DNA of 64,000 nt from Selaginella moellendorffii (Eukaryota > Plantae > Lycopodiophyta): positions 1,333,250 to 1,397,249 of the forward strand of contig NW_003314298.1 in assembly GCF_000143415.4 (NCBI RefSeq). The letters run 5' to 3'. The position numbers and the translations under genes are program-made. The notes beneath the pieces are model-generated. The model did no database searches and was not told where the DNA came from. It worked only from the letters and a program-made list of their open reading frames with translations. This document shows positions 10,875 to 22,397 of this stretch, piece after piece. Positions within the stretch are counted from its first letter, which is position 1. Each line of letters opens with the position of its first letter.

Positions 10875-13267
10875 TATGAGGTCCAAATGTACAGCTGCAA
10901 TGCCATATACTAATATTAGTATAGTGGGATTTTGGTAGCTGTCGGATTAATTTCAATTTGACCCACTTGCTCTTGTATATAAATTAGGGTTTTTGAGCTA
11001 ATTGATATGCATATTTTTTGTATTCCCTTTTTATATTCCTTGCACTCACATTGTTGGAGGTGAGAGGCACCTTTGATTGTCCCTGAGGAGTGCTTAGATT
11101 TAGGATATTAGTTTTGCATTATCTAAATCTAATTTTTTCCATTTCCTTTCTTTAGTTTTTTCCTTTTGAGATTTTGGTTTAGATCGAGCTTTTTCATTGT
11201 CTAAATCTCCTTTTCCTTTTAGTTTTTTTTCATTTCATTTCTTTTACTTAGTCAAATATGTCTAAACGGATCAAACTGAGAATGTCATGGCCAACACTTT
11301 GTCAATATCTTGTAGAATTTGTACAAGCACTTGCTCCAACCACCCTTGACAATGTCCTTCACTTAGCATCTCCACTTTCTATGAAAGATGGTTTTGTTCC
11401 AATAGAGGTTGATGCTGTTGCTACTCGCATTCAAGGATAAGGGTGAGGACGTGGTCGTGGCTGTGATATTCACTACTAGGCATGTGATGAAGTTGGTCAC
11501 ACTTATCAGCGTTATAGGCATTTTCCGGATTGGCAAACTCTATTTCCTGGGTGGAGACTTTAGTGTCAACAATGTCTTATTAGTGCTGTTATAGTGGAAG
11601 GTCTGGCCACTAAGATATGGGAAATGAGGAGTTGTGTGAGTAATGGAGAGACCTTACACAAATAAGTCAGTAACCCTTCCATCTTTCTTTCGCGAGTATC
11701 ATTAAGAGGTTCATTCGACACAAGTTCATGTAGTGTTTACTTTCCAAGCTTGTTTTTGTAGCAAGAGGTCTTCTATTATTCTCTCTATGTTAGTTGATAT
11801 AGGTTTGAATTTATCTTCTATTGCTCAATCTATTGCTACGCTTAATTTGTTACCACATGTTGCCATCTACATTTATGTCATGCGGTAGAGCCAATTTTCA
11901 TTCTTTATGACAATAATAGTACACATGCATGTGCACGGGATGAAATGGACCTAGTTGTGCATGTAGGCAATCTCAAGCTATCATTGCAGGTGGTGCTAAG
12001 TCAAGCTGAAGCGGTCGAAGTGTGTGTTTGGATCCAAGAACATGACTTATCTTGGGTACCATATTTCTTGTGAGGGTTTGCAAGTTGATTCTGACAAACT
12101 TGTGGCTGTTTTAAAGTTCCATACTCCAAAGTGTATGAATAATATGCAACACTTCTTGGGCAAGGTGCAATATCTCAGTCGTTTTGTAGATTATCTTTCT
12201 GATTGCATTACATTGTTGTGAATATTGCTAAAGTCATCAACATCATCTTTCATTTGGCCTCCGGATTGTAAACGGGCGTTCATGGATGTCAAAAAGCTAT
12301 TGATAACTCCTCTAGTTTTGGCATATCTTGACTACACTCAACCTTTCATTTTGCATGTGGAGATGTGTTGATGCAAGAGAGCCCGAGTATGCCTGGTCAA
12401 CACCATCCCATTATGTATATAAGCCATACATTACAACTAATAGAGGTGAACTACTCCATGATAGAGAAGAAGTGTTTAGTAGCAGTTTGATGTTTCGAGA
12501 AACTTCATGCATATCTATATGGTTCTCGGACGTTACTAAAAGGTGATTATGTTGCTGTTACTTCATTATTGAAATAAAAGAACTTAGTTGGTTGTACTTC
12601 TCGGTGAGCTTTGAAGCTTCAGATATATAATTTTGATGTTGTTCATTGCCCATGGAGTTTTATGGATGATGCTAATGTCTTTTCTCAAGCTCCTCTTCCT
12701 TCTTCATTCTCTTCTCATGTTTTTATGAGCCTGTTGTTCCAGCATCTAGATTTTCTAGACAAGAATTCTATGTTGTCAGCAGTTGTTGTACTTGACGTTC
12801 AATGTCCACAAAGTGCAGAGCAAGATCTACATTCTCTTAGCAAGGTTCGCAAGGTTAAAAAAATTGTGCCATGGATTTGAAGGCTTTAAGATGGGTTTAA
12901 GAATCCTACATCACTTGCTAATGACATGCCATTCCGGCATTTACATTCTCAATATCGCCTTGAAGACAGCCTTTTTTATTTTGTGGAGATGGATCCTGAT
13001 GATCATTTACAGCTGGTAGTGCCTTCAATCTTTATTCCATAATTTCTTCATGATTATCATGATTCTCCTGTTCTAAGTGGGTATATGGGACATCATTATA
13101 TGACTGAAAAGTTGCACAGGTGTTTCTATTGGCCAGAGATGTGACATAATATTATACAGAGCAGATTTTTTCAGATAATTGTATCGCATGTGGTTTTTAC
13201 CCTTTATCCTATGGTGATTTACCATAGGATACCACCACAAAGCGGAACCTAAACCCTCTTTATGCCA
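10875..13267 (+). mobile_element. Decayed Ty3/gypsy element, 5' part (LTR 10875-11050, gag, PR, RT/RNaseH, INT start)
   Basis: LTR, PBS and gag are homologous to 61606-62946; YLGYHIS...FLGKVQYLSRF (RT/RH linker), NYSMIEKKCL (RNase H), HDYHDSP..G (INT zinc finger); many stops. Confidence 0.9.
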
Positions 13268-16200
13268 TGTGATAGATGCCACATGTCCAAAGGAACGTGG
13301 TGTGGAACCTGAGGTTCAGGGCCTTGGGCCATTGAACAAAGGAACGATGCCAAACTCCCAAGCATGGAGCCAAGGAGTGACGGAACCAAACCACAGAGCA
13401 ACTCCCGAGCATACAGCCTAAGGAGAAAAGGGACAGGAGCCCGGAGTGACTTGGAACAGTCCTGGAGCAACCAGCATCCTAATGCCAGGACTAGCATGCA
13501 AAACGGAGCAAAACGGAGCCAAACGGTGTTTGGCGCTATTTCGGCATACCGGTGGCCTAATGTGAGGACATGGGTACTCCACCAGCTAGCATGGAATGGA
13601 ACTTGGGCTTAGACCCAAGCCAGACGTAGAACAAGGACAGGCACGCAAGCGGGAGCTAGACTATACCTCAGGTTGGTCGGCCATGCCCGACCATAGTTGC
13701 AGCTAGACATGCAAACGTTCAAACGCGTCCACGTTTAAATGCTGTTTAAAACGTTTTTTTCAGGACAATCAAACGTTTACATGTTAAAGCCTAAAATGAT
13801 TAAGAAAACACTAATATTTACTAAATACATTTTAATCTGATATTAAGTTTATAAAACCCAACCGATAAAACAAATGAAAGAAGAAGCCATTTTAGTCGTC
13901 TTCCGATTCTGAATCATCTTCCATTCCTTCATCGATGCTAAACTCATCAGTAGCCTGATTTGGTTCAAACCTTCACTCTCCAGCTTCTGAACAACCCACA
14001 AGTTTGTATGAATGTAAACCAGCTTCTCAGCACTTTTGGGAAGCAAGCGGGACCTGCGCTTTGTTTGTATCAAGCTCCATGAGCTCCAATTCCTCTCACA
14101 TGGAGAAGTGCAAACAACTTGGCTTAAAATCTGGAGAGCCATGCGACATAGATCAGGCATCTCTAAACCAAAAGAACTCCACCAGGTTACTAGAAACTTT
14201 CTGGTCTCTCGATCCTTGGCAACAGGTAACCTCATTTGCCGTCCAAGCTGTTGCCGAAACCTCTCAAACTATGCCTGCAATCTCAGCTGCAAGTCCAGAT
14301 CACCTCTGCTATAAACATGCATGTACTCCAACCAGTTCCCGCGTGCCTCATTGTCCAGCTTGTCGTTCTCTGGGTTATCCCCCAGAAACAGAGGATGAAG
14401 AGCAAAAGCAGCTCCATGAATGACATTGTGCATTTGATACCACCTTGCCTCCTTCAGACCGTGTGATTCAAGTAGGAAATCCTTGATTTGTCCCACTTCC
14501 TCATGTGCATAAATTCTGTTTCGAGCTCCCTCGTCCATCTTCTCAATCAGCCGATCAACAGCTTCAAAGATGAGGCCTGAAGTCGCCCCCTCCCGATCAG
14601 CGAGTCGAAGAACTCGAAGTAAAGGTTCGAGCAAAATTAACAAATTCTCACACCGCTCCCAGAACGAGTCATTGAGAACACGAGATCGCAGCTCCAGGCC
14701 CTCCAGCTTCTTAGACCAGTCAAGTCGCTCCCATTCTTGGCTCACCACCATTCTTCGAAGCTCAGAGAGATTCGTGGTCTCCAGAAGCTGAGACATCACG
14801 AGAAAAATATAAGCAAACCTCGTGGTCACAGGCTTTATCAGGTCCCGTTTGTAGAAAGTTCTATAAAGAGCTAGAACCCGTGGCTTTGAGGTGATGAAGG
14901 TAACTATCTTCGCACAGCCATCGACAAAAGGCTGCACCCAAGATAGAGCTCCAATATCTTCGAACAGCAAGTCCATAACATGGCAAATGCAGCGAACGTG
15001 TACAATCTGTGGAAACTCCTGCTGCAAAAGCTCCCCCATGACCACGCAGTTGCTTGCATTGTCTGTCACCACCTGCACAACGTTTTCCGCACCAACCTCG
15101 GCAATCACTTGTTTCAGCTGCTCAAACAACCATGCTCCGGTTTTCTTCGCATTCTTGCTGTCCACAGCCTTCAGGAAAATTGAGCCTCTCACAGAACTGA
15201 CCATGAAGTTGAGAAGAGACCTCTTCTTGATATCAGACCAGCCATCCGTGACAATGGTACAACCATATGTCCTCCAACTTAGCCGCACATCTTCAAGCCG
15301 CTTCTGAACGTTGTTGTATATTCGTTGTAGCTCAGTTGTCCGCAACTTCTCATATCCCATGAGGTTGTCAATCGCTGGATGCCCCACTTTTGCGGCAACT
15401 TTTAGCATTCTCTTCAAGTTGTCTCTTCGAATTGTGTTGAAGGAGATGTTCTCGGCAAAGAAGAACTCTGCAACAGCATCATCCAGTGCCTCAGCCGAAG
15501 CAGTATCAAAAAATGTCACCAAATTTCCATCCAAGGATCTACATTTCGTTGCTCTGCTTGTCCCAGCATTGGACCAGTTCTCCGTGCTTGCCACCATAGA
15601 TTCTGCTGGCCCCCCTGAACCCTGTGCGGCTTGCTGCAGTAGATGCCCATCATCAGCATCTGCTGGGTCTGCTAGCTTGAAATCGAAAAAACTGCTGCGA
15701 GCTTTTTTAAGAACTTCATAAGGGATCTCCCTCATTGCCTTGCACGTTTTCACACCTCTTGCCTGACTCCAGCGAGATGTGCTCGCACTCGCTCTGCTCC
15801 CCCAGTGTGAATCTCATGACAATACTTACATGTCCAGTGCCGCTCTGCTCGTATCACATGCTTCCAGCTCCAGCATTCGCAGCGTCCTCCAATTCCTGAC
15901 ATGACCCTAAAGAAACCCTAAAGAAACTCTTGTCTCTTTTCGCAAATAGTGCAAACGCATTGGGAGTTTAAAATGGCGTTTTTTAACGCGTTTAAAACGT
16001 TACGTTTTTTTAGTTTCATACATTTTCTGGCAACTATGTGCTCGACTTACCCACTATCCCTACTATACATTTGGAACCCCCCACAGCCCCCCCCCCTCAA
16101 GTAACACACGCTTTGGACTTTCACCCCAAACTTCCCTTAGTATCAGGAGTTAGTCTCTAGGACAAGCTTGAAACTTACTAAATATGGAATGTCCTTAGAT

Positions 16201-17660
16201 TGTGAATTTGGACACGGGACGAACACCATTGTGTTCAGGCCGATCTTTACATTTCGTAGATATGCCAAATGAGCAAATCTGGACACTTTCCATAAATAGC
16301 ATTTGGGACCGAAATGAGACCAACACAAGGGGCATGATAGCGAGGGTGTTTGGTAGACACGGTAAGCTATCATCGAGCAATATTGAGGGACCAAGCTCAA
16401 TATCACAGGGGTTCCCAACACTAGCAAGTGCAAGTTAACATCATGAGTTTCTCATCACCGTGTCAAGTTTGCTTGACAAATGACAACTTAGGATTTCCTT
16501 CCTTAGTGCCCTTCCGGTCTAAGTGCACATGTGATGACCAGTTTGTCAACTAGCTTAGGCGGAGACTGATAACGAGTCTAGCAATACCAACCTCCTGCCG
16601 TTGTGGCAGTAAGGAAAAAATATCCAAAAGGGCAAGCCGACGGGTAACTTTCGATACCCGAAGTCACATTCGCGACACTCTCCCCCCTTAGGGAAGATCG
16701 ACATTCTCGTCGATACATACTTGAGTCTAGAATACCGCCAAGGAAACAACTCTAGAAAAAGTTCACAATACTCACACTATGTGAGAAGTGCACCAACTTA
16801 AATGAGTTAGGGGTAACCTCTTTGTCTAACGCAGATGCACTACCATTTGCACGAATGTCCATTATGCTATGCTTATATTGGTACCTTGGTTCCTAAGAAG
16901 TTTGCCCATAAGGTGTTGGAGAAAGGGTTATAGTATTCATTTGTTATGACTTGTCGGTTGATTTATTAATATTTGGAGTAGATTTTTGGATGGAGAAAGT
17001 GTGTAGTTAGGGCATTGACATCACTAACACTTGTGTTAATGGAAGTGGCATTGTTATTTCAAGTGATGAGGAATTTCCTTGGATCTTGATTTTCCATGTC
17101 ATTTTTCTTGTTAGTGTTTTGGCTTCACATTGGATCTTGAAAGTGATTGAACAAAAGTGTGAGTGCAATGTGGATATCCGAAGATGTGGTCTTCATGATC
17201 AAGCCTTGGATGTTCATTTTGCACTTTGCGGATGTCAGTGTTAGATATCGGTTAGACGGGCAAAGATGTTCGATGCTTAAGCATATTATGGGTCATGAGA
17301 ATTTGTGTTGAGGTGAACCTATGTGAAGTTGTTAGTAGGAAGAAGTTGGTTGAGTCTTGAAAGTTTGCAATCCTGGACTAAGAGTCATTCTTTCTCTAGG
17401 ATGGAAATTTTTCCATAAATTTTCTTAGGCTTTTCCAATGGCTGATCTGTCGGTCACTTTGCTCGAAAACCATTCCGTTTTCGTAAGACAGTACAAACTA
17501 GTGAAAGGGTTAGAGTTGACTTTGGTTGGCTTAGACCTTAGTAAATAGTTTGTATGATGCAGCCCGGAAGTTATCTGTTGGCCTGTCCTTTCGGATATTC
17601 TTTCCTTACTACCACGACAGCAGGAGGTCGGTATTGCTGGGCTCGTTATCAGTCTCTACC
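13268..17660. mobile_element. Unclassified repeat, probably LTR-derived, inserted in the gypsy integrase; hosts the hAT element
   Basis: Interrupts integrase, which resumes at 18334; begins TGTGA; no coding homology recognised. Confidence 0.4.
13692..16038 (-). mobile_element. hAT DNA transposon, full length, transposase inactivated
   Basis: TIR CATAGTTGC...GCAACTATG; 8-bp TSD TGCCCGAC/TGCTCGAC. BED finger (C..C...H), DUF659-type GCTIVTDGWSD, hAT dimerisation WW...CERNWS. ATG 15902; frameshift ~15765; TAG 14269; deletion ~13965. Confidence 0.93.
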
Positions 17661-17735
17661 TTATCTCTCTCCCCTTAAGCCAACTGGAAAAGGGGCAATT
17701 GCTTGATGAGAGTGGCTATTTTATCCCCATTTATC

Positions 17736-18333
17736 CTTATCTCTCTCCCCTTAAGCCAACTGGAAAAGGGGCAATTACTTGGTGAGAGAGCTCTTAGTGG
17801 CTATTTTATCCCCATTTATCCCCCAAGGTTTCAAGGATCCACGGTGACAGTATATCTAAATCTCATCCCATGATCACATGCACTACACTGAGATGTCAAT
17901 GTCCTCATTGACTATTGACTAACAACCCCTATTGAGCCAATTACCAGCTATTCCATGTGAGGCAATTAGTCATCCACCCGTACCGCAGTCCCACGGTGGA
18001 TACCTTCGTCTATAGATACTCCACAGAAGAAGAAGGATGTATGCATGGATGCCCAATATGTATGATTTCAAATTTAGGGGTAGAAATATACTTTGCTCAA
18101 GGGTATATTATATTTTTAGGTAGCCACTAATCAATGGGAATCGAACCCGTGCCATTTGCTCTGATACCAACTATAGCACACTTTATCTCTCTCCCCTTAA
18201 ACCAACTGGAAAAGGGGCAATTGCTTGATGAGAGAGCCCTTAGTGGCTATTTTATCCCCATTTATCCCCCAAGGTTCCAAGGATCCATGGTGACAGTATA
18301 TCCAAATCTCATCCCATGATCACATGCGCTACA
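17736..18333 (-). mobile_element. TRIM: LTR 18172-18333, PBS 18158-18169, ~270-bp non-coding internal region, LTR 17736-17887 (extra partial LTR at 17659-17735)
   Basis: Direct repeats of ~160 bp ending in CTACA; TGGTATCAGAGC (tRNA-iMet PBS) 2 nt from the LTR on the minus strand. Confidence 0.85.
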
Positions 18334-20060
18334 ATAATGGTCATACATTTATGGCTGAGACATCCAAAGGAATGATCGCAAAGTACGTGAACACTTAGTA
18401 TTCAAATTGGGATGGTTATTTGCCATCTTTTCGGTATGCATATGTTATAGGGGTGCAGAGTTATGTTGGTGTTTCACCATATAAACTCTTATATAGTCAT
18501 GATCCAATATTACTAACAGAGCTGGGTTTACTTTCACGATTGTTATGAGCTGTCGATGCTAGGTTGTGGGATCAATATTTAACAAGCATTTTTCCACTTG
18601 TCCAAGTAGAATTTGTCAAACATTTAAGTTGCATACAAATGAGACAACAACAGTGCTACAACTCCCATCATTGTCCACTTATGGAGGACAAAGTGGATGA
18701 CTTAGTGTTAGTTTGTTTTCCTTATCTTTAGTACGTGGTTTATTTAAAGGGTTCCTTGCTTAGTGGAAAGAATCGTAATGGGTGTTGTGGCAAGTTAAAC
18801 CACAAATTTATGAGGTTCAATATAACATCCAACAAGCCGATCCTCTAGAAATTGTGCATGTGCAACCATTGAAACGTTTTGTACAAACGGATCATCCATT
18901 TGGGATTGAATCTAGTCCATCCATTCTTGTATAGAAGTAAAGGTTTAAACCCTAATGAATATACTTATTCATTGGAAGAGTTGAAAGACATTGCAATTTG
19001 TCATTAAAAGATATAGCTTTTTGGCAATGCTTTACTCTAGTATTTTTATTTTTATTTCTTCATTTTATTTTAGATCTAAATCTGTATTAATTTTTTGCAA
19101 GATCTAGAATTTTAACTATTGTTGTGTTTAGATTTACTCTTTCTTTTAATCTTTATTGCATTATCTTCTTCTACTATGCCACACTATCATCAATTAAAGA
19201 GTGTGTCATTTGAAGCTATTAATGTTGTTTTGTTAGATTGAACTTTTGGTGTTATAGAGTATCATTATATTAGTGCTACACCTATATAGTCTCCAACTTC
19301 CATAGGATAAGATTACACAACTTATTTTGTTTTCGTTATTCTACCATTTTTCATTGATATGGAGCAAGCTATAGATGATGCAGTTTGGTTGTTGGAAAAT
19401 ATTTGAGGATCAAGTTTACAGAAAGATGATACTTACAAGCTTAAATAAATTTCAGATTGTGATGAAGAATTTGATTATTATAGAGATAGCTTTAGAGATG
19501 AGTTAAAGATTTTATGGCGTAAGCGTTAATCCTTCAATTTGCCATCTAATATTTTCTCTTTACCTTTTATTTTGTCCCAACCTTTTCTTATTTCTTAGCT
19601 TGAGCCACCTTCTCATATTCCTAGTGTTTCTTCCCTATTTGCAATATTTTGTTTTCCTAACACGTCGATTATTTATGACTTTTATGATTTTCATTCTCAA
19701 TTAGTGTTGAATTGAGTGTTTTTTGTCCTCCTAATATTGATCTAGATATTGAGTATTCCCATGTTTCAATGGTTGAGTCACTTTTGGCTAGAATTTCAAA
19801 TTACATCCCCACTTTTTAATGTTGTTGACAGAATTATCGATGAGTAGGTATAGTTCTTTTGCTTTGGTTTAAAATTATGGCTTTGAGGTTTATTTAAGCA
19901 TTTGGTAGTTGTATATAAAGTTGCAATTAGTTCGTTAGGATTTTGCAATCAATTGATGCTTATGCTATATTTTTAGGTCTTATTTCAGTCGTAATTCAGA
20001 ATGAGCAAAAGTTCACTTGATCCATATGCAATAAAGATTAAATGGATGCCACTATATGGA
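18334..20060 (+). mobile_element. Gypsy element, 3' part (integrase core/C-terminus, then decayed extra ORF from 19176)
   Basis: (D)NGHTFMAE.. and GVSPYKLLY continue the integrase cut at 13267; the downstream region is homologous to the reverse complement of 1330-2230. Right boundary approximate. Confidence 0.7.
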
Positions 20061-21298
20061 TTTATGATGATTTAGGTCTAGTCATGAATAATTGATTGAC
20101 CTTTATTTGTCTTAGCCACTTTTAACAAGAATTCAAAGAAATCTTTGCTAATTTATATGATTATTAATAAAATATTACTGGCAGATAATCATCTAGTTAA
20201 AGTCAAATAATTTATCAAAATAATGGCTCATAAAATTTTGTAATTATTTAAACATAAAAATCTCATAAATTAAGAGTCATTGCATATAATAGCCCTTCAA
20301 ATTATATTAAATTTAGATCATCTAAATTGTAACACAAAACCACTAAAAATAATATACACAAAAATAATATCATTATCCTGAACTGCTGTCTAGGTATATT
20401 ATAATCCGGCCGAATAGAATATTTGCAGTCCGTGGAGTATATAAATCCAAGACGGCGCTAGGGCATTTCTTTGGGGGCCTCTGGCGGTTGAGCTCGGGAG
20501 GATTGCTTGCCTGTGTGCCCGCTTCTTCCTTCTAACTATTTCTCTCGCTTGTGGCGTAGATGGAGCTGGATCTGGATGGCGCCCATGGTGAGTGATCGCA
20601 TCTCTCCTTTGCTTGCTTGATTGTTTTGCTGTGGAGCTTGGTTTTGGTTGCTTGGGTGCTTTCTTTCTCCTCTTTGCCGCAAGAAGGCGAAGAGCTCGAC
20701 TAGATTTCCCACGCCTCCAGCAGCCCACCGGACAAAGTCCGGCCCGACCTGGGGACATCCTGGCTCGGGCGTTTTCCTTTGGAGGCGGCGCCTCCAAATG
20801 GGACTCGTGGGTAATTTGCAAGAGGGGGCTGCCGCGCTGGTGGAGGTACTCGGCGAGCGCCTCTACTAGGCTACTGTGGCGGCCTCCACAAATTCCTTAA
20901 TTCTAAAGAAGCACACACCACCTTTCGCGAGGTGGTCACTTTTCTTAATTTCTACGAGTCTGAATTTGAAGAAAACGCTCTGCTCGTGAGTGAAACTTGA
21001 CTTTTCGTTTTCTTCAAAGAGAGCAAAAATATACGAAGAAAGGTAGTAAATTCCAAGCAACTCCATAACTCCAAGATGGAATTACAATGTAAAGGAGAAT
21101 GAAATCCATGCAAGGCTGTAGGCTTTCAAACCTGGTGCTGCGAAGCTTCAGACACAAGCGGCGGCCTCGGCGCCAACAAGTCTTCCCATCGCAGGTGAGC
21201 TCTCGATCTCTATTTCTCTCGCTCGATCGAGAATGCATGCCCTTGCATGCGCGATTTCTTCTCACGCCATGTCTTGCAGCTCGCCTTGTCTGGTTCCA

Positions 21299-22397
21299 AT
21301 GGCTGTCATCGCCAACGTTTGCGGGACTCCCATGAGGAGCGCTCTCATTCCCAGCCATGAGATCCATCTCGCCAAGCCAATCAAGGTCTCTATTTCGGTG
21401 AGGAGCGGCAAGGTACCAGCGATTGCGATGACTGCCGCAGCTGAGTATCGATCGCTTTGTTTTCTTTTCTTCTTTCATGAAAGCTTGGATTCTTTTTTCT
21501 TTCTTTGCATGCACAGGGAGCGTCGCGAAGCAAGACAGCAGCAAGACTTCGCAGATCATGCACTGGCTCTACCGAGAAGATCGAGATGTTTAAGTCGCTC
21601 GAGAGCTGGGCGGAGGAATCCATCCTTCCATTCCTCCGGCCGGTGGAGAAATGCTGGCAGCCCCAGGACTATCTCCCGGAGCCATCCTCGGAGAGCTTCT
21701 ATGACGAGGTCCTTGAGCTGAGGGAGCGAGCCGAGAGCTTGCGCTTCTGCCTCGTCGGGGACATGACCACCGAGGAAGCGCTGCCAACTTACTTGACGAT
21801 GCTCAACACTCTCGATGGCACCCGCGACGAGACCGGTGCGAGCCCGAGTCTGTGGGCAGTGTGGAGGCGTGCCTGGACTGCCGAGGAGAATCGCCATGGT
21901 GATGTGCTCAACAAGTATCTCTACCGCACTGGACGAGTCGACATGAAGCAAATCGAGAAGACGATCCAGTACTTGATCGGTTCTGGAATGGTAAAGAGCC
22001 AGAGTTTCTTCTTTCTCGGGAACTCAAAAGTTCGGGTTTTCCATCTTTGCAGGATCCCCAGACCGAGAACAATCCATATCTCGGGTTCATCTACACGTCC
22101 TTCCAGGAGCGAGCCACTGCCATCTCTCACGGCAACACTGCTCGCCACGCCAGGAGCACGGAGACCACCCTCGCGACTGTTTGCGGCCTCATCGCAGCCG
22201 ACGAGAAGCGGCACGAGAATGCTTACACCAGGATCGTGTTTGAGCACTTCTCTTTAGTGGCACAGAGGACGGGAGTGTAAACTGCCAACGATTACGCAGG
22301 AACTCTGGAGCACTTGGTCAAGAGATGGAACGTCAAGTCCATCACTGGACTGTCTGCTCGCGCGCAAAAGGCCCAGGATTTCGTGTGTGGTCTCTAG
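21299..22397 (+). pseudogene. SAD: Stearoyl-ACP desaturase pseudogene retaining the transit-peptide exon
   Basis: ATG 21299 MAVIANVCGTPMRSA...; introns 21445-21516 and 21991-22052; probable 5'UTR intron 21196-21279; frameshifts, TAA, and two large deletions in exon 3. Confidence 0.93.
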
